Assembly: GCA_034429745.1 (NCBI GenBank)
Contig: DAOUFY010000108.1
Coordinates: forward strand, 4,136 to 68,135
Source of the DNA: Anaerolineales bacterium
GTDB taxonomy: Bacteria; Chloroflexota; Anaerolineae; Anaerolineales; DRKV01
Direction of reading: 5' to 3'
DNA length: 64,000 nt
The notes below the pieces were generated by a model that was not told the origin of the DNA, made no database searches, and saw only the letters and a program-made list of their open reading frames with translations. The position numbers and the translations under genes are program-made. Positions 47,018-58,748 of this stretch are shown here, piece by piece. The number at the start of each line of letters is the position of its first letter. The first letter of the stretch is position 1.

Positions 47018-47108
47018 CTTGCTGGAACTGCAGCTTGTCGTTATTGAGAAAACCTTTAGAGCAAGGCAGCCGGGTGAAGGCTTAGCTCTCGCTTGCAAGT
47101 GAAATGCT

Positions 47109-48650
47109 TTATTTTAGCTGTTTTAAAGCTTCTTGCACCCGGCTGCGCATGGTTTTATCGGGGTTAAGGCGCAGGATGGCTTCTAAATCGGCTTTAGCTT
47201 TTTCCTTCTCACCCATGGCGATGTAAAGCGAGGCGCGTGTGTCTAAAAATTCGATTGTCTTAGGTGAAAGAGATAAAGCTTGATTGCAATCAGCCAGCGC
47301 TTTTTGAAATTCCTTTAATTGTGTATAGAGCCAGCAGCGGTTGTTGTAATCTATGGCGTGGTCAGTAACCCGCTGCAATACTTGATCATAATCATCAAGG
47401 GCTTTTTGATAATTACCTTGTTCAGCATGGATTGCAGCGCGGGCGCGGTAAGCCCAAACTTCATTGGGATTCAGCTCAATAGCTTTGGAGAAGTCGTTGA
47501 GTGCTTTTTCCATTTCACCCATGTTTTGGTAGGTGTATCCGCGGTATAAATAGGGCTGAGCGTCGGTCGGGGCGTTTTGTATGGCTAGTTGAAAGTCGTT
47601 TATGGCGGCGGTGAAATTACCCAGTTCGCTTTGGGCGCGGGCGCGATACAAATAACCTTCAGCAGAAGAATAAGTGAGATTGCCTTCAATGGCTTGGTTA
47701 AGTAGTGTTACAGCCTGTGCGAAATTGCCCTGTTGAAAAGCTTGGATGCCTTGAGCCGTGAGAGCATCGGGAGTGGGACTGGGTTTGTAAAAAGCAGAAG
47801 TTGGAGTAGGTGTAGGCAATTTTTCATCCCCTATAGTCCAGCACTCAATTTGATCCATGTGTACGCGCAGGCCGTAATCTTTGTTTCTGCCGGAAGCAAG
47901 GGCAAAATTCAACCTGCCAGTGTGAAATTTTTCACTGCGCAGCAGTTCATCGCTGGTTTTTGCGACGAGCTTATTGTTAACAAAAAAAAGGATCTGCGGT
48001 TCCTCGACAACCAGCATCAAAGAAGCTTTTCCCTGTGGGAGATCAAGTTTTCCATAACGTTTGTAGTTTAGCCGTTTGAGGGAAGAGCCATTATCTTCAA
48101 CGCGAAAGATATCCACATAGCCATTCAGGAGCAAAAAGGCAGCATAATAACTTGTGCCATTATTTTCACGAAATACAAAGCCCATACCGCTCATATTCCA
48201 ATCGGCATTGGGACTGGCAGAATCCCAAGTAACATTGGTGCGTATAATAAAATTGCGCGGCCTATAGCCACTTGTCTGCCAGGCAAAATAGCCCCGTTTA
48301 GCTATTTGCTGTTCGACACTTGGAAGAGAAATAAAGCTGCCTTTATTTGTGCTGAGCAGTTTCTGCTCGTAGAGCTTCTGAACCACTTCTTCCAAAGAGA
48401 GAAGATTGTTAAATGGTTCAGTGGGAGCAGCTTCTGTTTGCCGAGCAGCAGGGGGCTTTGTTGCAGTTGAAGCGTTATGCAAAGAAGCAGTTGCGGTTGG
48501 AGTGGTGGATGCCGCAGCTGCTGGATTTTCAATGAAAAACTGAGAAGCTATGGTGCTCATCAGCAGTATAGCCAATAAATTCACAACTATAGCCATGAAT
48601 GGATGGTTGTTCAACCTATGAAGTTTCTGGGGCAGAAGTCTAATCATCAA
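47109..48650 (-). CDS. Membrane-anchored protein: beta-sandwich paralogue domain plus C-terminal TPR repeats
   Basis: N-terminal TM segment. The central domain (PRNFIIRTNVTWDSASPNADWNMSGMGFVFRE ... LMLVVEEPQILFFVNNKLVA ... MDQIECWTI) is homologous to the ORFs at 60306 and 61209. At least five TPR-like repeats follow. It overlaps the upstream kinase gene by 11 nt. Confidence 0.7.
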   Translation of the reverse strand: MMIRLLPQKLHRLNNHPFMAIVVNLLAILLMSTIASQFFIENPAAAASTTPTATASLHNASTATKPPAARQTEAAPTEPFNNLLSLEEVVQKLYEQKLLSTNKGSFISLPSVEQQIAKRGYFAWQTSGYRPRNFIIRTNVTWDSASPNADWNMSGMGFVFRENNGTSYYAAFLLLNGYVDIFRVEDNGSSLKRLNYKRYGKLDLPQGKASLMLVVEEPQILFFVNNKLVAKTSDELLRSEKFHTGRLNFALASGRNKDYGLRVHMDQIECWTIGDEKLPTPTPTSAFYKPSPTPDALTAQGIQAFQQGNFAQAVTLLNQAIEGNLTYSSAEGYLYRARAQSELGNFTAAINDFQLAIQNAPTDAQPYLYRGYTYQNMGEMEKALNDFSKAIELNPNEVWAYRARAAIHAEQGNYQKALDDYDQVLQRVTDHAIDYNNRCWLYTQLKEFQKALADCNQALSLSPKTIEFLDTRASLYIAMGEKEKAKADLEAILRLNPDKTMRSRVQEALKQLK

Positions 48651-51414
48651 ACCTCCCGTGAATAGTGGATTCGCTATCTTCTTCGCCTTTAGGTTCAGGA
48701 ATCATGGTGGAGATATCGGGTTTTTCTGGAAAGCGGATAGTAAATGTTGTGCCACGCCCTACCTCAGACTCGACGTTAATTTCTGCTTGATGAGCTCGCA
48801 CAATACCATGAACAACAGATAGCCCAAGACCTGTGCCTTCTCCAATTGGTTTAGTGGTAAAGAATGGATCAAATATTTTCTCTTTTACTTCATCGGGCAT
48901 GCCTTTGCCAGTATCTTTAACTTCCAGTACAATCCAACCTCCTTGTGCGTCATAGAAAGTACGAATGTATATTTCACCTCCGCTTGGCATAGCATCGCGG
49001 GCATTGGTAAGCAGATTAATGATAATTTGAGAGATTTTATCGCGGTCGCAGGTAATGGGGGGCAAATTCGCTGCCAGGAAAGAAACAATAGAAATGTTCG
49101 ACCAGCTGCGAAGCTGATGCTCGATAAGCAGCAAGGTATCTTGAATAATGTGGTTAAGGTCGGCTTGCTGAAAAGTACTGACTGGTGTACGGGCATAAGT
49201 GAGCAGAGAACGGATAATATCTGCTACCCGCCAGCCATTGCGGCGCACAGTATCCAAATATTTTTTTGCGCGTTCGGCGTCAAATTCGCCTTTTTCAAGG
49301 CGGGTAAGCAAGCTTTCAGCAATACCCAAGATGGTTTGGAGTGGGCTGTTGATCTCATGGGCAATGCCGGCAGCTAAAGTACCTAGAGTTGCCAGCTTTT
49401 GCGAAGAGACTAAAGCCGCTTCCAAATGTTTTTTCTCTGTGATATCTTCTTTTAAGGCAATATAGTGAGTGATGTTGCCATCTTTATCGAAAATGGGCGC
49501 TATCCACGCTTGTTCCCAATACAGCTCACCATTTTTCTTTTTATTGTGAAATTCACCGCGCCACTCTTTGCCAGAACTGATAGTTTGCCACATTGCTCTA
49601 TACTCTTCAGGGGGTGTTTCACCGGATTTTAGGATGCGCGGGTTTTGCCCAATAACTTCTTCAGAAGAGTAGCCGGTTATTTGAGTGAATTTAGGGTTGA
49701 CATATTCAATATCACCTTGCAAGTTGGTGATAACAATGGAAATTGGGCTTTGTTCAACGGCTTGATTCAGTTTGCGCAGTTGATTTTCGAGCAAAACGTG
49801 ATGGGTGATATCCCTCGAAATGCCAACAAGACCAATAATTTCCCCCTTGTTATTATAGAAAGGAGCTTTGGAAGCAGAAAGCCAACGCGGCTCGCCATTT
49901 TTCTTAGGGTTGTATTCAATCCGATTGATGATGGTTTTCCTTTGGTGAAAGATAAGTTCTTGCTCTTCGGAGTAAAAAATCTCAGCTAGATGAGTAGGCT
50001 GGATATCAAAATCTGTCTTGCCGATGATTTGGTCGGGATCCGGTATGTCCAAAATATTTTGAAAGCCCTTATTCACGCGAATAAATCGCGATTGGGTATC
50101 TTTGAAATAAATTGCATCGGGATGGTTTTCCATTAAGGCATTCAGCAGACTAGCTTCATAAGCGAGCTTTTCTTCAATTTGCTTTCTTTCTTCCAATTCC
50201 CACAAGTAGGCAATGTAATCGGCAACACCTTCCGCAAAGAATTTTTCTTCAAGGCTCCAAACACGATGGGTGCCAAAACGATCGATTCGCAAAATACCAG
50301 GTGTGGCTTCTTTGCAGTAAATTTGAACAGAGAGGGCAGAAAAAGGTTCCAGTGTATTGATGCTGCATGGACATACCCACCAATTATTCTGATCGGGCTT
50401 TTCACGAGGCGGAAAGAAGGATTCCAACGGCTCTTCCTTTAGTGAAGGCATAATAGGAACAATTGCGTGTAATGAGCATTCCTTTTCGTGTTGATGATTG
50501 TTGGTGCTGCGCGTATAGTGCTCATAGCACAGCAGTTTTTGCTGGTCTTCACTGATGCGCCAAATGCTCACTTGGTCTGTGCCAAAAAGCGAGCAAATGG
50601 TTTGTGCAATATCTTCAAAGGCTTCAGGAAGATTTGTGTAGGTTTGCTGATAGAACAATCGTAGAAAGTTTTGAAGTTTGCGCAATTGAGCTGCTTGATA
50701 ATTAGAACGTTCTTGTTCAAATAAGAGCAGATAGTAAAAAATAACCAGACTGCAAGCAATGAAAGTTATACTTAAAACGAAGAGACGCTCAACTTGTGAA
50801 AGTATCGAATAACCAAATTGTGAAGCAATCACGATGGTAAGCAGAAGAATTATAGTAAGGATTGCAAAACCGCTCATGTAATAGGGCAACCGATGCTTAA
50901 AGTAACTAATTCGGTAAGCAGGCAAGATGTTTTCGCGATAGTTCACAATCATATTCATGACGATAATAATAAGACAGAAAAACAGCAACAGGTGCAGAAT
51001 AATGGTTATAGAGAATGATAGTGCATTATTGAGAATGCTCAATGCATGAAGAAAGGATTGAAAGCTCGAGAGAAAAGCCAACAGAATCAAAATGCCTAGA
51101 GAGTAAAATAATGGCGGAGTGATTTTTTCTTGCCAGCGAACAGGGGCTGTTTTGCTTAGGAAAAATATTAAGCTAATGCAAGCTAAAGCAGCAAACAATG
51201 GATGGAGGTAGGTTATAGCGGGAGGGAGGTTTATCGTGTAGCGGATTAATTTTATCCAGTGGTAGATGGTTAATAACAGGCTGGCAATGCTAAAGGCTCT
51301 CCAAGGGACATGCCGATCGAGGTTTTTGAGGGAGAAGCTAAAAGAAGTAGCAAAAAGAAGAAAAAGGCTGTTGAATAAGGTAATGAAATCAAAATATAAC
51401 ACTAAATTCTTCAT
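48640..51414 (-). CDS. Sensor histidine kinase: polytopic membrane domain, GAF-like region and two PAS modules
   Basis: H-box [13 protein letters not shown], and HATPase boxes [16 protein letters not shown] and GEGTGLGLS. The kinase core closely parallels that of the kinase at 17346-20684. Confidence 0.9.
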   Translation of the reverse strand: MKNLVLYFDFITLFNSLFLLFATSFSFSLKNLDRHVPWRAFSIASLLLTIYHWIKLIRYTINLPPAITYLHPLFAALACISLIFFLSKTAPVRWQEKITPPLFYSLGILILLAFLSSFQSFLHALSILNNALSFSITIILHLLLFFCLIIIVMNMIVNYRENILPAYRISYFKHRLPYYMSGFAILTIILLLTIVIASQFGYSILSQVERLFVLSITFIACSLVIFYYLLLFEQERSNYQAAQLRKLQNFLRLFYQQTYTNLPEAFEDIAQTICSLFGTDQVSIWRISEDQQKLLCYEHYTRSTNNHQHEKECSLHAIVPIMPSLKEEPLESFFPPREKPDQNNWWVCPCSINTLEPFSALSVQIYCKEATPGILRIDRFGTHRVWSLEEKFFAEGVADYIAYLWELEERKQIEEKLAYEASLLNALMENHPDAIYFKDTQSRFIRVNKGFQNILDIPDPDQIIGKTDFDIQPTHLAEIFYSEEQELIFHQRKTIINRIEYNPKKNGEPRWLSASKAPFYNNKGEIIGLVGISRDITHHVLLENQLRKLNQAVEQSPISIVITNLQGDIEYVNPKFTQITGYSSEEVIGQNPRILKSGETPPEEYRAMWQTISSGKEWRGEFHNKKKNGELYWEQAWIAPIFDKDGNITHYIALKEDITEKKHLEAALVSSQKLATLGTLAAGIAHEINSPLQTILGIAESLLTRLEKGEFDAERAKKYLDTVRRNGWRVADIIRSLLTYARTPVSTFQQADLNHIIQDTLLLIEHQLRSWSNISIVSFLAANLPPITCDRDKISQIIINLLTNARDAMPSGGEIYIRTFYDAQGGWIVLEVKDTGKGMPDEVKEKIFDPFFTTKPIGEGTGLGLSVVHGIVRAHQAEINVESEVGRGTTFTIRFPEKPDISTMIPEPKGEEDSESTIHGRFDD

Positions 51415-51536
51415 CTAAAAAATTCACCTAAAATTGTGTGTATATTATATTATAATAGAACATTCGCTAAAAATAAGGTAAAGATCACTTGCAGAACCAA
51501 ATACAAGGGGTTACAATCGCCGTACTAGGCAGAAAT

Positions 51537-52904
51537 ATGGATTCATATCAAGCAGCATTAGATTATTTATACAGTTATATTGATTATAGCTTGCAGCGCG
51601 TTTTTCGGATGGCGCCGGAAAGGTTTGATTTGGGGCGCATGCGTACGCTGTTAAGAGCCTTGGGAGAACCGCACCAAGCCTATCCAACTATCCATATTGC
51701 CGGCACAAAAGGCAAGGGCTCGGTAGCAGCATTTTGTGCGGCAGCTTTGCAGGCGGCAGGCTACCGGGTTGGGCTTTATACTTCTCCTCACCTCATCAAT
51801 TACACGGAACGCATACGGATAAACTTTGAGGAAATATCCAAAACCGATTTTGTGCGTTGGGTTGAAGAACATAAGCATATTATTGAAACGATACCTCAGC
51901 TGACCACCTTTGAGATCACCACCGCCATGGCTTACAGCGTTTTTGCGCAGAAGAAAGTGGATGTGGCAGTCATTGAGGTTGGTCTGGGTGGTCGTTTGGA
52001 TGCGACAAATGTGATACGCCCGGTGGTATCCGTGATTACCTCCATCTCATACGACCATGCTGAAATTTTAGGGGATACGCTGGCAAAAATAGCCGCTGAA
52101 AAAGCGGGAATAATCAAAGAAGGGGTTCCGTTGGTCTTAGCGCCTCAGATGGAAGAAGCGCGGCGGGTGATAACCAAGATTGCAGCTGAGCGGAACGCAC
52201 CGCTTATTCAAGTGGGGAATGATTGGCTGTATGCCCCCCAAACTCATTCAATGGATAGCCAAAGCATGTTTGTTTGGTCAGCTCGAGAACAAGAGTTGGT
52301 CAATGAGTTTATAGAATCGGGCGGCAGCAAAGTATGGCAACCTACTCGTCTGCAGCTATCATTATTGGGTTATCATCAAGTGCAAAATGCGGCGACAGCG
52401 TATGCAGCCCTGCAAGTCTTCCGGGAGCGTTCTTTGCCTATTAATGAAGCTGCAATTCAAGAGGGTTTTTCGAAAACACAGTGGCAAGCCCGCTTTGAGA
52501 TTCTGCAGCGCAACCCGCCGCTAGTGATTGATGCAGCCCATAACCGCGATTCGGCAGCCAAGCTAAGCCGAGCAATTGGAGATTATTTTCCCGGCTTGCC
52601 GGTGGTATTGCTCTTTGGAGTTTCGGAAGATAAGGATATTGAAGGGATGTTTGCTGAGTTAATGCCTCGAGTGCGCCAAGTGGTTGCAACAAGTTCAACC
52701 CATCCGCGGGCGTTGAATCCCGATCGGATAGTGGAGTATGCCCATCGTTTCGGGAGACCGGCTAAAGCAATCTTGCCGCTTGAAAGTGCTCTGAACGAAG
52801 CACTGCGCATTGCTGCCGGAGAAGCGGTCGTACTGGCAAGCGGCAGTGTGTTCTTGGCAGCTGGTGTGCGTCAAGTATGGCTGCAAGGAGGTGCAAATGG
52901 CTGA
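51537..52904 (+). CDS. folC: Bifunctional folylpolyglutamate synthase / dihydrofolate synthase
   Basis: P-loop [10 protein letters not shown], plus ITSISYDH and DAAHN. The tracked ORF begins at a TTG at 51489. The ATG at 51537 ([14 protein letters not shown]) gives the usual FolC N-terminus. Confidence 0.88.
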   Translation: MDSYQAALDYLYSYIDYSLQRVFRMAPERFDLGRMRTLLRALGEPHQAYPTIHIAGTKGKGSVAAFCAAALQAAGYRVGLYTSPHLINYTERIRINFEEISKTDFVRWVEEHKHIIETIPQLTTFEITTAMAYSVFAQKKVDVAVIEVGLGGRLDATNVIRPVVSVITSISYDHAEILGDTLAKIAAEKAGIIKEGVPLVLAPQMEEARRVITKIAAERNAPLIQVGNDWLYAPQTHSMDSQSMFVWSAREQELVNEFIESGGSKVWQPTRLQLSLLGYHQVQNAATAYAALQVFRERSLPINEAAIQEGFSKTQWQARFEILQRNPPLVIDAAHNRDSAAKLSRAIGDYFPGLPVVLLFGVSEDKDIEGMFAELMPRVRQVVATSSTHPRALNPDRIVEYAHRFGRPAKAILPLESALNEALRIAAGEAVVLASGSVFLAAGVRQVWLQGGANG

Positions 52905-55470
52905 AAAGAAGAACCGAGAAAGACGAATACATTACCTCTTAGATAATGACACTGAAGCATATACTGCAGAACATTTTACGGATGTCATCTACCAGCACGC
53001 AGATGAACTCTATGCCGTACCAAGCGCAACTCTCGATAAGGAAGGTTTGATTGATTGCCCCGTGCTTCCCTTAAGGGAGATGGTACTTTTCCCTCAGATG
53101 GTATTGCCTCTTTTCTTAGAAGAGGAGGATACTGAATTATGGCATTCCATAGAAATTGCTCAGAAGCGGGAACGTACAATTATTGCTCTCATGCTGAAAG
53201 ACCCTGAAAAAGAAGAATTAACGGCAGATGATTTTCTGCCGATTGGGGTTGAAGCAGCTGTTGGGCGGACTATTCAAGTGCCGGATGAGGCGTATGCTGT
53301 GTTGCTGCAAGCGCGGCAAAGGGTTGAAGTGGTGCGTTTGCGCCGCGATAGGCGCGGCTGGTACGCTAAGGCGCGACCGCTTTCAGAAACTGTGGAAATT
53401 AATCGCGAAGTGGAAGCAGCAATGCGTACCGCGGTGGATCTGTTTAAGCAGTGTGTTGACCTTAATCCTAACGTACCGGACGAAGCCTTTCATTATGCCA
53501 GCCAAATTGATGAGCCAAGCTGGCTGGCGGATATGATCATCTCAACTTTGCCGCTGTCTTTAGAAACGCGTCATGAGCTGCTGATGATGGCTGATCCATT
53601 AGCCCGTTTGCAGCGCGTCATTTCACTTTTGGCTAAAGAGATAGATGTTCTAAAGCTTGAAGGGGAAATTCAGGCTAGGGTTGCAAGTGAGGTGGATCGC
53701 TCTCAACGCGAGATGTATTTGCGAGAACAGATGCGCGCGATACAAACCGAATTGGGCGATGATGATATTTGGGAACAAGATATTGATGAATTGCGCCAAA
53801 AAATTGAAACAATTGGTTTGCCTGAAGAGGTTAAAGCTGCAGCAGAAAAAGAGCTCAACCGTTTGGCGCAGATGTCTCCTATGTCTCCGGAGTTGGGTGT
53901 TATCCGAACCTATTTGGATTGGATAATTGAGTTGCCGTGGAACAATGTAACCGAGGATAATTTAGACATCAAACACGCCGAAAAAGTGCTTGAGGCATAT
54001 CATTATGGACTGCCAAAGGTGAAGGAGCGCATCTTAGAATATATTGCTGTGCGCAGCCTTAAGCCGAAACGCATGCGCCACCCGATCTTATGTTTTGTAG
54101 GTCCCCCGGGCACAGGCAAGACCTCGTTGGGACGTTCGATTGCGGAGGCATTGGGGCGCAAATTTGTAAGGCTTTCTTTGGGCGGGGTGCGCGATGAAGC
54201 TGAAATCCGCGGCCATCGGCGCACCTATATTGGCGCTATGCCGGGCCGCATTTTGCAAACCATTCGGCGCGCCCAAACCAAGAATCCACTTTTCATGCTG
54301 GATGAGATTGATAAAATGGGCCAAGACTATCGCGGTGATCCTGCTTCGGCTTTATTGGAAGTGCTGGATCCAGAGCAAAATTCTACCTTTTCAGACCATT
54401 ACTTAGAGCTCTCTTTTGACCTTTCGCAGGTGATGTTTATTACAACGGCAAATATCCAAGATACCATTCCCCCGGCTTTGCTTGATCGAATGGAGATTAT
54501 TGAATTCCCTGGTTATACCGAAGAGGAAAAAATTCAAATTGCAAAAAGATTTTTGATCCCGCGTCAGTTGGAAGAAAGCGGGCTGGATGAGAAAAGTATC
54601 CAATTTTCGGCGAAGTCGCTGCAGAAGGTGATCCGCGAATATACTTATGAAGCAGGAGTTCGCAATTTGGAAAGGGAAATTGGGCGTATATGCCGCAAAG
54701 TTGCCCGGCTGAAAGCTGGAGGAAAGGCTTTTCCGCATCACATCACTCACTCCATTATTGAGCGTTTTCTTGGACCTCCGCAATTTTTTGATTTAGACGC
54801 TGAAAGGCAAGATGAAGTCGGCGTGGCAACTGCGTTAGCTTGGTCGCCAAATGGAGGGGAGATTATGCCGGTAGAAGTATTGCTGATGGAGGGCAAAGGA
54901 AACCTGCAGATTACTGGCCAAATTGGGGATGTAATGCAAGAATCCGCTCAGGCTGCCATGTCCTATCTAAAATCACGGGCAGCAATGCTCAATATAGATC
55001 CACAAGTATTTGAGAATATGGATGTACATATTCACGTGCCGGAAGGGGCTATTCCTAAAGATGGTCCAAGTGCCGGTATTACTATTGCTACAGCATTGGT
55101 TTCGGCTTATACACAGCGCAAGTGCCGCAAAGAAGTAGGCATGACTGGTGAGATCACTTTAAGGGGGCATGTGTTGCCAGTTGGAGGGATACGTGATAAA
55201 ATCTTAGCTGCTCATCGCGCTGGGTTGAAAGTTGTGATCATTCCCAAACGCAATGAAAAAGACTTGATAGATATATCGAAAAAGGTGCGCAATGAGCTGC
55301 AGATTATTAAAGTAGAGCACATTGACGAAGTGCTGCGGGTTGCCTTAACAGCACCGGAAGTAAAACCTTATGCTCTACTACCGCGGCGCAAACGAAGTCC
55401 TTCCCGCCGTCATCGCCCGCTGCGACCTTCCTTATACTCGCGGATAGCGCGCTCCTCACCAGCAGGATAA
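52897..55470 (+). CDS. lon: ATP-dependent Lon protease (LonA)
   Basis: LON N-domain ([12 protein letters not shown]), AAA+ motifs ([17 protein letters not shown]), and protease motifs ([23 protein letters not shown]). The ATG at 52897 is preceded by AAGGAGG, and the tracked start at 52810 lies inside folC. The protein ends in a basic tail of about 35 aa. Confidence 0.92.
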   Translation: MAEKKNRERRIHYLLDNDTEAYTAEHFTDVIYQHADELYAVPSATLDKEGLIDCPVLPLREMVLFPQMVLPLFLEEEDTELWHSIEIAQKRERTIIALMLKDPEKEELTADDFLPIGVEAAVGRTIQVPDEAYAVLLQARQRVEVVRLRRDRRGWYAKARPLSETVEINREVEAAMRTAVDLFKQCVDLNPNVPDEAFHYASQIDEPSWLADMIISTLPLSLETRHELLMMADPLARLQRVISLLAKEIDVLKLEGEIQARVASEVDRSQREMYLREQMRAIQTELGDDDIWEQDIDELRQKIETIGLPEEVKAAAEKELNRLAQMSPMSPELGVIRTYLDWIIELPWNNVTEDNLDIKHAEKVLEAYHYGLPKVKERILEYIAVRSLKPKRMRHPILCFVGPPGTGKTSLGRSIAEALGRKFVRLSLGGVRDEAEIRGHRRTYIGAMPGRILQTIRRAQTKNPLFMLDEIDKMGQDYRGDPASALLEVLDPEQNSTFSDHYLELSFDLSQVMFITTANIQDTIPPALLDRMEIIEFPGYTEEEKIQIAKRFLIPRQLEESGLDEKSIQFSAKSLQKVIREYTYEAGVRNLEREIGRICRKVARLKAGGKAFPHHITHSIIERFLGPPQFFDLDAERQDEVGVATALAWSPNGGEIMPVEVLLMEGKGNLQITGQIGDVMQESAQAAMSYLKSRAAMLNIDPQVFENMDVHIHVPEGAIPKDGPSAGITIATALVSAYTQRKCRKEVGMTGEITLRGHVLPVGGIRDKILAAHRAGLKVVIIPKRNEKDLIDISKKVRNELQIIKVEHIDEVLRVALTAPEVKPYALLPRRKRSPSRRHRPLRPSLYSRIARSSPAG

Positions 55471-55477
55471 AAAGTAT

Positions 55478-56080
55478 ATGTCTGAATGGAAACGATTGTT
55501 CTATTATCTTCTGCTCAATATTGTGGTCTCGGCTGCTACCACTTTTGCGGTGCTGATGTTTTGGGAAAAAATGCACCTTTCGGATCTCAGCTTTACTCGC
55601 GCCTTCTTCTCTTCTCAAGAAGAAAACCAACCCACAATCGTGCTTCCTACGCTGGCTTCACCTAATGCGAAAATGACCCAAGCGGTAACGTCAGCAAAAG
55701 TTGCTGCTGAGCAGCCAACAGCACGTACCTCTCAAACAGCGCCGGCGTTGGCAGCAACTGCACCAACTTCGACAGTTGTGATTGAAGCAGTCATCGGTGC
55801 AGGAGATTTGGCTAATGAAAAGGTAAGGATTAAGCATACCGGCAATGGCGCAGAATTATCGCTTGCAAATTGGCGCTTAGTGAGCAAAGGTGATTTGGTC
55901 TATACTTTTCCCCAGTTAACCTTGCACAAAGGAGGGGCGGTGGATGTCTATACAATGAAAGGATCAGATACTGTCATTGCCTTATATTGGGGAAGAGATC
56001 AAGCTGTTTGGCAAAGTGGTTCTGTAGTAAAGTTGTTAGATGCTGAAAACCGCGAACAAGCAAGTTATGTGGTTCCTTAA
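55478..56080 (+). CDS. Membrane-anchored lamin-tail-domain (LTD)-like protein
   Basis: N-terminal TM segment and an Ala/Thr-rich linker. The C-terminus (VVIEAVIGAGDLANEKVRIKHTGNGAELSLANWRL ... VWQSGSVVKLLDAENRE) fits the LTD beta-sandwich pattern. Confidence 0.6.
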   Translation: MSEWKRLFYYLLLNIVVSAATTFAVLMFWEKMHLSDLSFTRAFFSSQEENQPTIVLPTLASPNAKMTQAVTSAKVAAEQPTARTSQTAPALAATAPTSTVVIEAVIGAGDLANEKVRIKHTGNGAELSLANWRLVSKGDLVYTFPQLTLHKGGAVDVYTMKGSDTVIALYWGRDQAVWQSGSVVKLLDAENREQASYVVP

Positions 56081-56116
56081 CTGGTTGAAATAAATACAAA
56101 AGTAAGGAAATACACG

Positions 56117-57730
56117 ATGGCTTTAGCGTTATATAGGAAATGGCGTCCTCGCCGTTGGGAAGATGTGGTTGGTCAGCAACACATTGTGCAGACTCTACGC
56201 AATGCGGTGGCGGCTGAAAAAGTAGCGCATGCCTATTTGTTTGCTGGTCCACGCGGCACCGGCAAGACAACTACTGCCCGCTTGCTGGCTAAAGCAGTTA
56301 ATTGCTTGCATAAAGACTTAGCACAACGACCATGTGATACATGCGAGCCCTGTATTGCCCTCCAAGAAGGTCGCTTTTGGGATTTAATTGAAATTGATGC
56401 AGCTTCAAACACCAGCGTTGATGATGTTCGCGCGCTGCGGGATAAAATCCATTTTGCTCCAAGTCAAGGAAGGTATAAGGTATATATCATTGATGAGGTG
56501 CATATGCTTTCCACGGCGGCTTTCAATGCATTGCTGAAAACGCTTGAAGAGCCGCCTGCCCATGCGCTCTTTATTTTGGCGACTACAGACGTGCATAAAG
56601 TGCCCGCTACTGTGCTTTCACGTTGTCAACGGCATGAATTTCGCAGAATTCCCCTGAATGAAATGGTGAATTATTTGAGCTTGAAAAGTAAGGAAGAGGG
56701 CTTGAAAGTGGAACCCGCTGCTTTGCAGCTTATTGCGCGCCAATCCAGTGGTTGTTTGCGGGATGCCATTTCTCTTTTAGATCAAATAGCTAGTGGGGCT
56801 GAAGAGATTGATCTGTCGTTGGTGCATTCGGTCTTGGGAACTACCACTAGTCAAGACATTATCACCTTGCTGGAAACATTGAGGACTAGAGAATATGCAA
56901 AGGGTATAGCAGTTATTCAACAGGCTTTGGAGCGCGGTGTGGACCCCAAGCAGTTCGCTCGTCAATGGATAGATTTTCTGCGCATGGTGTTGTTAGTGAA
57001 AATGGGTGATGCCATAACTCTGGATGTCAGTCCGGAAGTCCTTAAGGAAATTCAGAAATATGCTCAAGCATTTACTATTCCCACTTTATTGGGGTATATA
57101 AAAGCGGTGAACCAAGAAGATAATGAAAGGCGCAATCTCTGGCTGCCTTCTTTGCCGCTTGAAATGTCTTATGTTGAGTGCATGCTGATTGAGGAGAAGA
57201 AAAGCCCTATAGCTGAAGACGCCGGGGTTGCTTCTCAAGCTGCAAAACCTGCACCATCAGTCAGTCAGCCGGCCGGCAGTGTGCTGTCTGCTGAAGGAAG
57301 AGAAAAACACCCAACCGTTGCCTTAAAAACTGCTCCACCTACACCTGCAAAGGATTTTACTCCGCTTGAGGAAAAGCCGCTTTTTGATAAGGTACGCCAA
57401 CAATGGCGGGCTATTCTTGCAGCTGCCCGCAAGATGAACCCGCAGACTCAAGCTTTGCTGAATTCTGTCAAACTGGTTGGAATGCGGGATGGAGCATTAA
57501 CAATAGATTGTCTCAGTGAGTTTATTAGAGCGAAAATTGAAAGTGATGATCATCTGGCTATTGCTCGGCGCGCAATTAAAGAAGTGATTCAACAGGAACT
57601 AAAGCTGCATTGTGTAGTGCTTGGTGAACAGGTGGCTCAGCTTCCCGAAGATGTTGAGCCGGATGGTATGATTGCTGTAGCGGTTAATGAATATGGTGGT
57701 AAAATTGGAGAGGTTATTGAAGAACAATAG
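56117..57730 (+). CDS. dnaX: DNA polymerase III subunit gamma/tau
   Basis: GPRGTGKTT, the Zn module CDTCEPC, IIDEVHMLS and SRCQRHEF. Confidence 0.92.
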   Translation: MALALYRKWRPRRWEDVVGQQHIVQTLRNAVAAEKVAHAYLFAGPRGTGKTTTARLLAKAVNCLHKDLAQRPCDTCEPCIALQEGRFWDLIEIDAASNTSVDDVRALRDKIHFAPSQGRYKVYIIDEVHMLSTAAFNALLKTLEEPPAHALFILATTDVHKVPATVLSRCQRHEFRRIPLNEMVNYLSLKSKEEGLKVEPAALQLIARQSSGCLRDAISLLDQIASGAEEIDLSLVHSVLGTTTSQDIITLLETLRTREYAKGIAVIQQALERGVDPKQFARQWIDFLRMVLLVKMGDAITLDVSPEVLKEIQKYAQAFTIPTLLGYIKAVNQEDNERRNLWLPSLPLEMSYVECMLIEEKKSPIAEDAGVASQAAKPAPSVSQPAGSVLSAEGREKHPTVALKTAPPTPAKDFTPLEEKPLFDKVRQQWRAILAAARKMNPQTQALLNSVKLVGMRDGALTIDCLSEFIRAKIESDDHLAIARRAIKEVIQQELKLHCVVLGEQVAQLPEDVEPDGMIAVAVNEYGGKIGEVIEEQ

Positions 57731-57756
57731 CGTGAGAAGAGAAAGGACGCAGCAGT

Positions 57757-58104
57757 ATGGCAAAAGGATATAAGGGCGGATTTCAAAGGGGGGGCGGCTT
57801 TGGTGATCCCATGGGTATGATACAGCAGTTGCAGAAGCAACTGAACGAAGCCCAGCAAAGTCTTGAAGAAGAACTTGTAACTGCTACTGTTGGCGGTGGA
57901 GCTGTAAAGGTAACCATGACGGGAAGCCAAGTGTGCAAATCGGTTGAAATTAGTCCCAGCGTGTTTGAAGAAGGCGATGTAGAAATGCTGCAGGACTTAA
58001 TTTTGGCTGCCTTTCAGCAAGCTCAAGAGAAAGCAAAAGCTTTAACTGCCGAACGATTAGGTCCCCTTACAGCCGGGCTTGGTGGTTTGCCGGGGCTGTT
58101 CTAG
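57757..58104 (+). CDS. ybaB: YbaB/EbfC-family nucleoid-associated protein
   Basis: 115 aa in the conserved position between dnaX and recR. The core MIQQLQKQLNEAQQSLEEE...TATVGGGAVKVTMTG is typical of the family. Confidence 0.88.
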   Translation: MAKGYKGGFQRGGGFGDPMGMIQQLQKQLNEAQQSLEEELVTATVGGGAVKVTMTGSQVCKSVEISPSVFEEGDVEMLQDLILAAFQQAQEKAKALTAERLGPLTAGLGGLPGLF

Positions 58105-58116
58105 TGGAGGGCAACA

Positions 58117-58725
58117 ATGCTCTTGCTGCCACAGCCAGTCCAAAACTTGGTGGATGCGTTTTCCAAGCTGCCGGGGATTGGGCCTAAAACAGCTTCGCGG
58201 TTAACTTTTTTTCTGCTTCACGCGCCAGATTCTCTATCGCTAGAGTTAGCGGATGCGCTGAAAGCCCTTAAGGAGGGCACAACTCAATGCAAAAATTGTT
58301 TTCATATCACTGCAGCCGGGAGGGAGCTGTGTGAGATTTGCAGTGATCCGAGCCGCGAGCGCGAGATGATCTGTGTTGTTGAAGACGCGCTAGATGTTAT
58401 CGCATTAGAACGAGTAGGCGGCTACCGTGGATTGTACCACGTTCTCCAGGGTGTCCTTTCTCCGATTGAGGGCGTGGGGCCGGATGACTTACGAATAAAA
58501 GAATTGCTGCAGCGAGTACACGGCAGTGAGCAAATTAAAGAAGTGATCTTGGCGACTAACCCGAGTTTGGAGGGAGATGCTACAGCCATGTATCTCAGCC
58601 AGCAATTGGCGAGTTGCAACGTAAGGGTTACTCGTTTGGCACGCGGCTTGCCTATGGGCGGAGATTTGGAGTATGCAGATCAGACCACCCTGCTGCGAGC
58701 CTTGCAGGGACGGCAGGAGATTTAA
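58117..58725 (+). CDS. recR: Recombination protein RecR
   Basis: HhH motif (LPGIGPKTASRL), Cys4 zinc finger (CKNCFH...CEIC), and a Toprim domain (VVEDALDV). Confidence 0.93.
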   Translation: MLLLPQPVQNLVDAFSKLPGIGPKTASRLTFFLLHAPDSLSLELADALKALKEGTTQCKNCFHITAAGRELCEICSDPSREREMICVVEDALDVIALERVGGYRGLYHVLQGVLSPIEGVGPDDLRIKELLQRVHGSEQIKEVILATNPSLEGDATAMYLSQQLASCNVRVTRLARGLPMGGDLEYADQTTLLRALQGRQEI

Positions 58726-58748
58726 GGATCAGAAGAGGCGGATGAGCT

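Noticed and set aside
52810-52896. N-terminal extension of Lon from the tracked start
   Set aside because: It lies entirely inside the folC coding region and has no SD. The ATG at 52897 follows AAGGAGG and overlaps the folC stop in the common ATGGCTGA arrangement.
56117-57730. Programmed -1 frameshift site in dnaX (gamma/tau)
   Set aside because: I looked for an A-AAA-AAG type slippery heptamer followed by a hairpin, as in E. coli dnaX, and did not see one on reading. This was not checked computationally.
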